Assembly (NCBI GenBank): GCA_965199725.1
Contig: OZ241321.1
Location: 1,433,359 to 1,497,358, forward strand
Reading direction: 5' to 3'
DNA from: Methylophagaceae bacterium
Lineage (GTDB): Bacteria; Pseudomonadota; Gammaproteobacteria; Nitrosococcales; Methylophagaceae
Length of the DNA stretch: 64,000 nucleotides
In this document: piece by piece, positions 10,246 to 19,431 of the stretch
Position numbering within the stretch: the stretch's first letter is position 1
Layout: each line of letters opens with the position of its first letter
Notes under the pieces: generated by a model
Database searches by the model: none
Seen by the model: the letters and a program-made list of their open reading frames with translations, nothing else
What the model was told of the DNA's origin: nothing
Program-made: the position numbers and the translations under genes

Positions 10246-10292
10246 CCCTCTGAATTTTATGTAAAACATAAAGTTTAGGGGGTTTAATTTTT
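10246..10292 (+). terminator. intrinsic terminator closing the plus-strand CRISPR transcript
   Basis: 16-bp stem (10246-10261 / 10267-10282, 5-nt loop) followed by TTTAATTTTT. Three stem positions are G-U wobbles only in the plus-strand RNA. Confidence 0.6.
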
Positions 10293-10295
10293 AGT

Positions 10296-10628
10296 TTAAA
10301 ACAGCAATATTTGATCACTGGTTACTCGCTTTTCCTGAAAACTTAAGTTTCCTACCAGCAGTTTCATATTCGCAAATTGCTTCTCTGAAACCTCCAAACA
10401 ACGGATTGATCCTTCACTGGGCAGGTTGTATTTTAATCGTTGTAAATGTTTTTTAGCATCTTCACCGTTATTGGTAATACGGCTGTATACTGACCACTGG
10501 AGCATATCGTAGCCATCTTTGAGCAGAAAGCGGCGGAACACCGTGTATGCCTTTTTTCTAGCTTTAGTGGTAGTTGGCAGGTCAAAAAATACAATTAACC
10601 GCATAAAACGTCGTGTCTCCTTACTCAT
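10296..10628 (-). CDS. cas2: CRISPR-associated endoribonuclease Cas2
   Basis: 110 aa. [10 protein letters not shown]...[20 protein letters not shown] matches type II Cas2. Overlaps cas1 by 8 nt. Confidence 0.9.
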   Translation of the reverse strand: MSKETRRFMRLIVFFDLPTTTKARKKAYTVFRRFLLKDGYDMLQWSVYSRITNNGEDAKKHLQRLKYNLPSEGSIRCLEVSEKQFANMKLLVGNLSFQEKRVTSDQILLF

Positions 10629-11562
10629 GATAATCGGTTAATTCAAATCTGACTTGACGTGATGAGTGAGCAGCCAGCCATAGCATTTTATTTTTGGGCG
10701 ATTCACAGGCAACGGCAAAGTTCTGTACAGCCATTTCAATATTGGCTAACACCGTGCCAGTATCAGTATTTTGGTTGTTGCCAATATCCTCACCCAAAAA
10801 GCGGACCAATAGGGCTTTGTCTTTACTAGTCAGACTACGTTTGGGTTCTTTGGCGAAATGGCGATACACCCAGTGATCAAAAAGCGGACGGTAAGGCTCT
10901 ATTAAGTCATCAGCCAGATTAAAGGCATTTTGCTCATTGTGATGAAATAAGCCAATAGCTGGATGTAAGCCAGACCCACTAACCTGCCGGGCAATACAGG
11001 CCCTGATGATGGCATAGCCATAGTTTAACGCAGCATTAAACAGACTGTCTTCACGGCGTTTTAGTGTTGTGTGCTTCAGTAATGAACTAAAATATGCCCG
11101 TGCTGCCTGTGCTTCGCAATTATCAGGGTCGCCAGAGCGCACTTTGCCTGCCAGTCTATCCAACTGCTTGACTGCTATACTATGATGACAACGGCGCAGA
11201 GTTTCAGTCTGATTAATAATTTTCTGGCGTACAATCTGCTGATGCCAGCGTTTGGTTACTGGGCGTGATAGGGCCAGCTGGGCACGCAAACGGCGCAGAC
11301 CGCGATGGTATTGCAAGTATGGCATGAAAATACCGCTGGGCAAATGCTGTTTATCCACCACCAGTACTGCAATGCCTTCTTCAGCTAATGTGCACAACAA
11401 GGGCTGGCTGACTGTGATTTGTGGGTTATCTAGCACCAGCGCACTGATGTCTTCCACGGGGATATGAGCGGTCTGTTGTTCGTTGCTTAAGCTGATGCAA
11501 AACTGGTTATGCTTTAGTGATAAATAGGCTGGCTGTGTCACTACCACACTGCGCCAACCCAT
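10621..11562 (-). CDS. cas1: CRISPR-associated endonuclease Cas1 (type II)
   Basis: 313 aa. MGWRSVVV..., [31 protein letters not shown] and [13 protein letters not shown] align by eye with Neisseria Cas1. Starts 2 nt after the cas9 stop. Confidence 0.95.
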   Translation of the reverse strand: MGWRSVVVTQPAYLSLKHNQFCISLSNEQQTAHIPVEDISALVLDNPQITVSQPLLCTLAEEGIAVLVVDKQHLPSGIFMPYLQYHRGLRRLRAQLALSRPVTKRWHQQIVRQKIINQTETLRRCHHSIAVKQLDRLAGKVRSGDPDNCEAQAARAYFSSLLKHTTLKRREDSLFNAALNYGYAIIRACIARQVSGSGLHPAIGLFHHNEQNAFNLADDLIEPYRPLFDHWVYRHFAKEPKRSLTSKDKALLVRFLGEDIGNNQNTDTGTVLANIEMAVQNFAVACESPKNKMLWLAAHSSRQVRFELTDYHE

Positions 11563-11564
11563 AG

Positions 11565-14500
11565 TTAAATAGTTTGCCCTTTGCGAAGTGGCTGGCGTTG
11601 TTCGGGCTTGGCTTTGTATAAGTTTCCTAATATATCCACATGGTATTTTTGCAATTGGGCGGTTTTGATACCAAGACTTCGGTGTAAGCCAGGATTTTTA
11701 ATCTCATTTTCTGATTTGTTCTTATCAGTGCCTTTTTGGGGATTGCGGTCGTGTTCATAAATATTAATTTTACCACCTGCAATATCAAAAGTTTGATAAT
11801 AGCCAGCAATCGTTTGCTTGTTTGATTTGGTGAGTTTTACCCAATCATTTTTATGGAGACTAAATAAAAATTGGTAACTTTCATCCATTATCTTACGACT
11901 GGGTTCTGCTTTCTTGGGTAGGGTATCCCTCACTCTATATGATACATAGATTGGCACACCATAATGCTTGCCTTTGTTATCTTGAAATACATCTAAACGA
12001 ATCATGCTATCCTTATTGGCAATACCACTGCGCACGGGAATGCCATTTTTACCTTCTTTTTTATTAAGCAATTTAACGTGATGTATAGGCGGGCCTTGCT
12101 TGTCCTTTTTGCCTGCCGGCATATACAGGGTAGACTCCTTTAATTGCTGTTGATCTAACAGGTCATGATTGCGGCTTTGTTGTTTTTTGAGTGCGTCAGA
12201 TTTGTCTTGAGAAGGTTTTGATTTTCCCGATGATGAGCTAGATTTTAAGTCATCCCATTCCGCTTTATGTTGTTTCTTAAGGTCTTCTTTTTCTTGCTTG
12301 TGCTTGGCGTCTCTGTTAGCTTTATTAGTCAACCATTTTTCAAGCGCCTGCCTCAAACCTTGATTGCGTTTGTCGTTAATGCCCGCAATATTATCTATAT
12401 CGTTTAGTTTTAGTTTGTCTATGGGTGTTTTGAGTGCTGAGTAATAAACAGGCAGTCCCTTATCGTTAATTAGTTGGTGAACATCAGACACTGTCACTCT
12501 GGCGCGAATAGTTTCTTGATGAGCTGCACCTAATTTGCGTCGGCTAAGCGCGCGCGAAACTCGCACTTGTTCTAATCTTGTCAGCACATCATTGCGAAAG
12601 TTATCCCAAGGACGAGGAAAGTAATTGTCCAGTTGCCGCAAGCGGGCTATATCAAAAATCTCCCCAGTTTCGGTGTCGCTGTAGTTGTTTCGCACACACT
12701 TTAATTCATCCCTTTTGGAATATTCGGCGATACGCTTAATCATGCTACGGTTGGTGGCAGCAATTACCGCAGCGTCCATCGCGTGGTGTAAATCACCATC
12801 TGAGCGGTTTTTATTAAAGCCCCAGCGGGTGCGCATTAGACCAGTCACACCACCGCTTAATACGACACAGCGATCCTGCTTGCCATCTGGTTTTTCTCCT
12901 GCCCAGATGATGTTTTGCTCAATCATCTCTTTGAGAACACGGCCCACATATTGGGTGTCTTTCAGGTTACGTTCGCTAAAGTCTTTTGATCCTTCACCAA
13001 AATCTTTGCATAAATAACGCCAGCGTTTGGCTTGACGAATTTTAGGGTTACTTTTAACCCAGTTTTCAAAATTGTGCCAGCGTTCGGATTGTTCATCTTT
13101 GCCCATATACTCAAATGGGGTATGGTTACCTTTATTTTGGTTTTCATGGATGAGCACCAGCGCTTTATTGTTTTGGCTGTTATCATAGCTGCGGCTGTAG
13201 GGCAGGATATGATCGACTTGCACATAGCCTGTCTCGGGCAGACGCTTTAAGTCAATGGCTTTTTGGCTATAAGCACACTTACCATCTTGCTCACGATACA
13301 GACGATATTTTGATAGATCATCTTTTTGTGGTGCTGTGTTAAAGTGCTCTTGGTATTTTTGAATAGCCTCGTCTTTTTGCTGGCGAAACTCTTTTTGACC
13401 TTGTTCAATTTCTTTGCGTTCTTTGTAAGGCTTGTTTAACTCGCGCCCCATTTCAATATGTATGGCAGCAGGCTTGCCATATTCTTTAATAATGGCATTG
13501 ATAAGCTTACGCGCTTGATTGAGCGAACGCAAGACTACTGGGTTACGAATTTGGTTTTTATCAGGTGCGGGAATCTTGCCCGTTTTGTTGCGGTTTTGTG
13601 GTTTAACTGAGTGGTGATAACCCGTCTCTTGGCAAGCCTTATCATAAGTCAAGCCTTGTTTTTCCATAAAAGGTAGGATTTTATGCAATACTTTCAGCGA
13701 TAGATGATGATAGGTACTAAACTCACAGTCTAGCACTGCTTCAATTACTTCAGCTTCAATACCTGCTTCTTGTAGCTGTTCTTTGATGCTACTGTCATCA
13801 CGATAAGTGGTGAGCACCTTACCAATAGTATCTAATCGTTCACGGTTTTGCTTATCTTGCTGCCATTGCGGTTCAAGCTCTGCTTCTTTATAGGCTTTAC
13901 GCAAGGTATGGAAGGCTTTGGCTTCAAAAATTTTGCCGTCTTCTGCCTTTTTAGTATCCTCTTTGGTGAGTTCGTATCGTGTGTTGTGATTTTCGTCTTT
14001 TTTCTTAGTTTTGCTGTAACTTACTAGATTACATTGGTATTGTTCATTGAGTCCCAGATGTTTTTTGATTTGAGTAAAATTGACACTGGCTTGCTCAAAT
14101 GGCAGAATTTTGTAGCTGCCGTTTTTCATCTAAGGTCAGCGGTCGCCTTTCACCGGTCAAGCCAATTTTCATATTATTGAGCTTATCGTACCAGATAAAC
14201 CGTTCAGCACTGTGACAAGCTTTAGCTGCGCGATATTCACTCGGTTCAAAGGTACACTTACCTACCATTTGCGCGATTTGATCGCCGGCAAAAGTCGGCC
14301 GGCGCGCCATGAGTAATTTATCTACTGCACTTAAGAATTGAGCACTCGTATGTCGATTACATTGCTCACGCTGGTGCTCAAACAGTCGTTTCAGTTCAGT
14401 TTGCAAATCAGCGCGGTCAACTGTATTGCGGTAGCTACCGCCCTTATTGCGTTTAGCCTCATAAAAGTCATCATCTTTATAAAACATCTCGCCAATGGTG

Positions 14501-14973
14501 CGATAGTTTTTAGCTTCCATTTTTTTCTTATTAGTGCTCACGCCGCTAAGCATCTTGCCAATATCTTTATCTTTGAGCTCACTTTTGCGGTTAGATTGAA
14601 AGCCGCGGTGCTTCACAATGTGGTATAGCACCGTAGCCCATTCTTTTTTGTCCAGCAGACGATCCAAGCCTTCACTTCTGAGTTGCCAAGGGGATATGTT
14701 CAGTCTAAAGGCATCAGGCTTAGCATGATCAATTAAACCTTCGCGTTTTAACAATCGGCATAGTCTTAACAGCCGATGTGCGCGGCGGCGCAAGCGACGG
14801 CGTGATGAACGTGCTTCGCGGCGGATGAGATTAAGCGACTCGCCATCTTTGGCATTTTCCGCCTTATCAAAGGTGCGAACGTGTAAGCCAAGTATTTTAT
14901 TATCAGTTAGCAATGCAGCCCCTACTGAGGCAATGCCAAGATCAAGACCGAGCGTATAATTTTTTTCTTGCAT
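11565..14973 (-). pseudogene. cas9: type II-C Cas9, interrupted by one frameshift (ORFs 14973-14095 and 14129-11565)
   Basis: N-terminal ORF has RuvC-I (LGLDLGIASVG) and an Arg-rich bridge helix. The second ORF has IHIEMGRE, HNH (VDHILPYS...NNKALV...NQNKGN), RuvC-III (DLHHAMDA) and a C-terminal domain with Nme-like islands (IRLDVF...VPIY). The two ORFs overlap by 35 nt in different frames. Confidence 0.9.
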
Positions 14974-14996
14974 GATGCGTTTAATTCCTGTATACT
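14968..14996 (+). promoter_or_regulatory. candidate sigma70 promoter of the tracrRNA
   Basis: TTGCAT (14968-14973, overlapping the complement of the cas9 ATG), a 17-nt spacer, then TATACT (14991-14996). The anti-repeat begins about 15 nt downstream. Confidence 0.45.
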
Positions 14997-15002
14997 AAGC
15001 TT

Positions 15003-15130
15003 TAAGTGCTTATTATACACTTTCGGGGTGAGAGCCGTTACTACAATAAGGAAAGCATCTTTATGATGCTGCACCGAATCCGCCCGAACCGCTGTTTCAG
15101 GTTGTCCCTGCTGCATGTTCGGGCTTTTTT
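15003..15130 (+). ncRNA. tracrRNA
   Basis: Anti-repeat at 15012-15047 equals the repeat complement at 29/36 positions, with a central 5-nt mismatch block. It is followed by AAGG, a perfect 6-bp hairpin at 15054-15070 and a GCCCGAAC/GTTCGGGC stem plus T6 (15082-15130). The 5' end is inferred only from the promoter. Confidence 0.85.
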
Positions 15131-15216
15131 ATATCCGTTTATAAACAGTTTATATTGGCTAGATTCCAACGTTTAAGACAGTATCCTTGATATTGGGTGA
15201 ATTAAGGGAGAGCAAA

Positions 15217-15942
15217 ATGAATATTTTAGTGCTGCAACATATCAACATTGAAGATCCTGGCTATATCAAGGATTTGATGCTGGCAGACGGTTTTAATTTA
15301 ACAACTATTGAATTAGATGAAGGCCAAAAAATACCGGATGATTTAACTGGCTTTGATGCTATGTTGTGCATGGGTGGGCCTATGGATACCCATATGGAAG
15401 ACAGCTATCCCTGGCTAGTTGCAGAAAAGCAAAAAATTGCCCATTTTGTTACCGTTTTAGAAAAGCCATTTTTAGGATTTTGTCTTGGCGCGCAACTTTT
15501 AGGTGAAGTATTGGGTGGCCGTATTGTTAAGTCTAGATTGCCTGAGATAGGTGTACTTGATATAACGATGGCAGATGAAGCAAATGATGATTTTTTATTT
15601 GCTGATTTTGCTGGCAAATTAAAAGTATTACAGTGGCATTCTTATGAAGTATCTGCTTTAGACAATGATGTTACTATTTTAGCTAGTTCACCCGTCACTC
15701 AATATCAAGTTTTTCGTTATAAAGAACATGCTTACGGTATCCAGTTCCATATAGAGGTAAGAGAAGACACGGTTAGGCAATGGTCACAGGTACCTGAATA
15801 TAAAAAAGCGCTGGAAGATACGATTGGCGCTGACGGTTTGCCCAAACTTGAGAAAGCGCATATGGCTAATATTGCCAGTATCAATCAATACTGTAATAAG
15901 TTATATCAGCAATTTAAAAAACTCATCAATCATGCCGCTTAA
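15217..15942 (+). CDS. class I glutamine amidotransferase-like protein
   Basis: MNILVLQHINIEDPG..., nucleophile elbow GFCLGAQLL, and HSYE/H.E near the C-terminus. The ORF-track start (15187) is probably too early. Confidence 0.7.
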   Translation: MNILVLQHINIEDPGYIKDLMLADGFNLTTIELDEGQKIPDDLTGFDAMLCMGGPMDTHMEDSYPWLVAEKQKIAHFVTVLEKPFLGFCLGAQLLGEVLGGRIVKSRLPEIGVLDITMADEANDDFLFADFAGKLKVLQWHSYEVSALDNDVTILASSPVTQYQVFRYKEHAYGIQFHIEVREDTVRQWSQVPEYKKALEDTIGADGLPKLEKAHMANIASINQYCNKLYQQFKKLINHAA

Positions 15943-15963
15943 ACAGTATACTTATCCTGTATG

Positions 15964-16773
15964 CTACTGACTATAAAGCGCTGCTTTAACTTTAAGGACA
16001 TTGCTTTTGAGGTGGTTTAAGTTGATGGTGCCAATCATCACGCTGGTTACCGCGGGGTGGTGGTAAATAAAATTAAAATTAGTTTGTAGGTTAATTGTCT
16101 GGGTAGATGCTAGGTGGCCGCTGGCAAGAGCTTTTTTGATAAAAATACCCTTGTTGGTTAATGTCGCTTTATCAAGCACTGTTTGTTCATCCTGATAGTT
16201 AATATGATAAGCAACCATGACTAGATCAGCATCATTTAAAGCCAGTAGGCCGCCTGCTACTGTTTTGGTTGATATGCCAACTGCCCTGATAAGACCCTGT
16301 TTTTTAAGTGTGTTTAATGTTTCCAGTGCACCATGCTTATTGATAACTGCTTCATCGTTACCATCAGAGTGGATCAGGACAATATCCAGCACAGTGCGCT
16401 TTAAATTTTTTAAGCTTTGCTTAACGCTGGCAGTGATATAGTCAGGGCTAAAATTATAAGATGATTGTCCTGTTTTCGGATCAAATATTTCACCCGCTTT
16501 AGTGGCGATGACAAAATCGTGTGGTTGTTGTGATAACAGCTTACCTAAACGTTTTTCACTATTGCCGTAGGCAGGGGCGGTATCAAGCAGATTAATGCCT
16601 GAATCCCATGCTGTATGGAGTAGCGTTAATACCTCATAGTCATCTGGAATGGTAAAGCCTTCAGGATATTTAACGGCGGTATCGCGACCAATTTTTACTG
16701 TACCTAATCCTAATGGTGAGACTGACACCCCAGTTTGGGCAATTTGTTTGCGATCATTTAAGTGTATTGTCAT
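15964..16773 (-). CDS. aldo/keto reductase
   Basis: 269 aa. LGLGT.KIGR...LLDTAPAYGNSE...IATK pattern of AKR-family proteins. Confidence 0.75.
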   Translation of the reverse strand: MTIHLNDRKQIAQTGVSVSPLGLGTVKIGRDTAVKYPEGFTIPDDYEVLTLLHTAWDSGINLLDTAPAYGNSEKRLGKLLSQQPHDFVIATKAGEIFDPKTGQSSYNFSPDYITASVKQSLKNLKRTVLDIVLIHSDGNDEAVINKHGALETLNTLKKQGLIRAVGISTKTVAGGLLALNDADLVMVAYHINYQDEQTVLDKATLTNKGIFIKKALASGHLASTQTINLQTNFNFIYHHPAVTSVMIGTINLNHLKSNVLKVKAALYSQ

Positions 16774-17963
16774 TGAAAGGCGTTATTCCACAAAGGTTGT
16801 CCCATTTTTGCCGGTGGTAGTGGCATGAAAAAAGCATGCTTTTGCGCATGTAGCTTGTGTTCGGTCAGTCTGGTAATGACCTTATCAGCAAGATTAGGCG
16901 CTAGGGCAAGTTTGGTGGGCCAGGCAATATGCACATTGTTGCTTGACTTAATAAAAGCAGTATCAGGTCGTGTTAGTTTAAATTGTTTTGGTTCGGCACG
17001 GTTAACTACATGCGTTGCCCATTCAAGTTCAGGTAGCTTAAGCCACGGCAGAATATCAGCTAATAACTGTTGTGTATTGCGGGTAACTTCAATAGCAGAT
17101 TGACCAACGCCTTGTTCGGCAATATCGCCACCAATATACCAGATAATATTGCCATCTTCTGCTATGTGGCTGGTAATTGTCGCCACCGGTTTTGAGCCTG
17201 ATCCTAAGTTATGCGCATACAGCTTTGGCAGTGGCTGCTGGCTATTTTTCGCTTTGCATAGCACCATGTGCAGTGGCCTGATTTGCATGACTGGTTTGTT
17301 GATGCCAAGCTTTTCCATCAGCGTTTGATTACCTTCTCCAGCGGTAAGCACAAAGTGTTGGGCGCGGATTTGTATATTGCTACCCAGTGCTACTGCTTGT
17401 AAGCCCGCTTTATTTTGTTGCCAGGCAATTTTACTGCCTTCTGCTATGTGTATGATACGGTGCTGCCATGGTTCAGCAAGGCTTGCCAGTACACTGGTGA
17501 CATCCAGCACAGGTTCATCAAGCTGGTATAGCGCGCCTTTGAATTTAGCATGTTGAAATATTGCCGGTCGGTCAGTTTTGGTAATTGCCTTTATGCGACC
17601 ACGCAACTTTTTGCTGGCAAAAAATGCCAGCATTTTTGCTGATAACTGCCCTGTTGACCACAGCAGTTGATGGCGACTGAGTACATTGGCCCCAGTTAAG
17701 TCAGTATCACCTTTGCCAGCAAGACAGGCTTGCCAGCGTGCAGGCATTGTGCTAATCGCCTGACTTGCGTTAGATAAAATACCATTTAATGCGTATTTAA
17801 CACCGCCATGAATAATGCCCTGAGCACTCAAAGTTTGGCCACTGCCAATAGTTTTGTGTTCCAGCAATAAGGCATTAAAGCCCATCTGGTTAAGACGATT
17901 GTGCAGCCACAAGCCAGCAATGCCTGCACCAATAATAACGACATCAGCAGTGATCTGCTGCAT
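16770..17963 (-). CDS. FAD-dependent oxidoreductase
   Basis: 397 aa. N-terminal Rossmann dinucleotide motif DVVIIGAGIAGLW. 4-nt overlap with the downstream AKR gene. Confidence 0.7.
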   Translation of the reverse strand: MQQITADVVIIGAGIAGLWLHNRLNQMGFNALLLEHKTIGSGQTLSAQGIIHGGVKYALNGILSNASQAISTMPARWQACLAGKGDTDLTGANVLSRHQLLWSTGQLSAKMLAFFASKKLRGRIKAITKTDRPAIFQHAKFKGALYQLDEPVLDVTSVLASLAEPWQHRIIHIAEGSKIAWQQNKAGLQAVALGSNIQIRAQHFVLTAGEGNQTLMEKLGINKPVMQIRPLHMVLCKAKNSQQPLPKLYAHNLGSGSKPVATITSHIAEDGNIIWYIGGDIAEQGVGQSAIEVTRNTQQLLADILPWLKLPELEWATHVVNRAEPKQFKLTRPDTAFIKSSNNVHIAWPTKLALAPNLADKVITRLTEHKLHAQKHAFFMPLPPAKMGQPLWNNAFQ

Positions 17964-17973
17964 AACCGATACC

Positions 17974-18561
17974 TTAATTATAATGTTCGTCTATGGCTTC
18001 GCACAGCCAGTGACCGACAATCATATAACCTTCCTGTATTCTTGCAGTCTCATCCGATGGTATACAGATACAATGATCTGTCAGTCCAATAAGTTGTCCT
18101 CCGCCTTGACCAGTAAAAGCGTAAGTCAGGCAACTACATTTGTTGGCAGTTTTAATGCCATTGATAACATTGTCGCTATTGCCTGATGTTGATAACCCAA
18201 TGGCAATATCGCCCTCTTTTGCCAATGCCTGAATTTGACGGTCAAATAAAGTAGCAAAACTATAGTCATTACCATGTGCGGTGATGATTGATGTGTCGGT
18301 TGTCAGCGCAATAGCAGCTAAGGGTGCACGTTCTTTACGGTAGCGCACAACAAACTCTGCTGCCAGATGCTGTGCATCAGCAGCACTACCGCCATTACCA
18401 AAAAAGAGTATTTTATTGCCAGTGTTCAGGCACTCTATAATGCTGTTGACGAGCGCATTTACTTGCGATTCAAGAGAAGATAGCTTTATAGCCATATTAT
18501 GATGGCGCGTCAGCGTTGAATTAAATGACATTATGTTACCCCTTGATGGGCAATTAAGCAT
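17974..18561 (-). CDS. gmhA: phosphoheptose isomerase (SIS domain)
   Basis: FFGNGGSAADAQHLAAEFV and GLSTSGNS motifs, next to the LPS core genes. The start may be the internal Met at 18531. Confidence 0.8.
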   Translation of the reverse strand: MLNCPSRGNIMSFNSTLTRHHNMAIKLSSLESQVNALVNSIIECLNTGNKILFFGNGGSAADAQHLAAEFVVRYRKERAPLAAIALTTDTSIITAHGNDYSFATLFDRQIQALAKEGDIAIGLSTSGNSDNVINGIKTANKCSCLTYAFTGQGGGQLIGLTDHCICIPSDETARIQEGYMIVGHWLCEAIDEHYN

Positions 18562-18629
18562 ATTTACTGGTGTTTTGTTAGGCTAGTGTAGCAAAATACA
18601 TTAATAACAAAAACAATCTATTTATCTTT

Positions 18630-19427
18630 ATGCCAAATACCATCCAGTTTTTGCGAACAGACCTTGCTAGCCTATGGCAGGGAGAAGATATTTTTGCCGT
18701 GGTGCAGCGGTTAAAGGGTGAGATATTTCGCCATAAGGAGGGCAGACAGACATTAAGATTTATTTTGGCAGATAAGTTTTTTTTTGTTAAGCGACATCAA
18801 GGTATTGGCTGGCTGGAAATCATTAAAAGTATTTTGCAATGGCGTATACCAGTCATCAGTGCTAAAAACGAATGGCAAGCTATTCAATTTCTTCAGTCTT
18901 ATGGTATTGATACCTTAACGATAGCAGGATACGGAGAACGTGGCATCAATCCAGCAAAAAAACAGTCATTTCTGATTACAGACGAAATGATAGATACCAT
19001 GAGTCTTGAGTATCTTGGCAGGCAATGGCGGCAATATCCGCCCAGCTATGCCAGCAAGAAACTGTTAATTGATAAATTGGCAGTGATTGCCAAAGTGATG
19101 CATGAAAATGGTATGAATCATCGTGATTTTTATCTGTGTCACTTCTTATTAGATAAGTCGTTTGCTGAGCATAATACAATCAAATCTGATACACGATTAT
19201 TTTTAATTGATTTGCATCGCGCCCAGATTCGGCAGAAAACGCCAACAAGATGGATCATAAAAGATTTAGGCGGATTGCTGTTTTCGGCGCTTGGTGTGCC
19301 ATTAACCCAGCGTGATTTATGGCGATTTATGATGGTTTATTCTGGACTGCCTTTACGTGAACTTTTGACCAAACATAGTCAATTTTGGATTAATGTGCAA
19401 AAGCGTGCTAATAATATGCAGAAATAA
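18630..19427 (+). CDS. waaP: LPS core heptose(I) kinase
   Basis: 265 aa. GRQTLRF...FVKRH, HRDFYLCHFLL and LIDLHRAQ match WaaP/RfaP. Confidence 0.8.
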   Translation: MPNTIQFLRTDLASLWQGEDIFAVVQRLKGEIFRHKEGRQTLRFILADKFFFVKRHQGIGWLEIIKSILQWRIPVISAKNEWQAIQFLQSYGIDTLTIAGYGERGINPAKKQSFLITDEMIDTMSLEYLGRQWRQYPPSYASKKLLIDKLAVIAKVMHENGMNHRDFYLCHFLLDKSFAEHNTIKSDTRLFLIDLHRAQIRQKTPTRWIIKDLGGLLFSALGVPLTQRDLWRFMMVYSGLPLRELLTKHSQFWINVQKRANNMQK

Positions 19428-19431
19428 TATT

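Noticed and set aside
10263-10298. A further (fourth) repeat downstream of repeat 3, one period later
   Set aside because: The 36 nt at the expected position share no similarity with the repeat. The region forms the terminator hairpin instead.
11565-14973. Reading the two cas9 ORFs as a naturally split, two-gene Cas9
   Set aside because: The break falls in the middle of the recognition lobe, with continuous Cas9-like sequence on both sides. ORF B has no independent RBS, and its ATG sits inside the A5 run. A single frameshift is the simpler explanation.
14922-15116. 64-aa minus-strand ORF spanning the cas9 start and the tracrRNA region
   Set aside because: It has no RBS, overlaps the cas9 N-terminus out of frame, and the sequence is fully explained by the tracrRNA anti-repeat, hairpin and terminator.
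15187-17963. Amidotransferase, aldo/keto reductase and FAD oxidoreductase next to cas9 as novel Cas-linked genes
   Set aside because: These are ordinary metabolic enzyme families. They are separated from cas9 by the tracrRNA and its terminator, and no nuclease, helicase or NTPase motifs are present.
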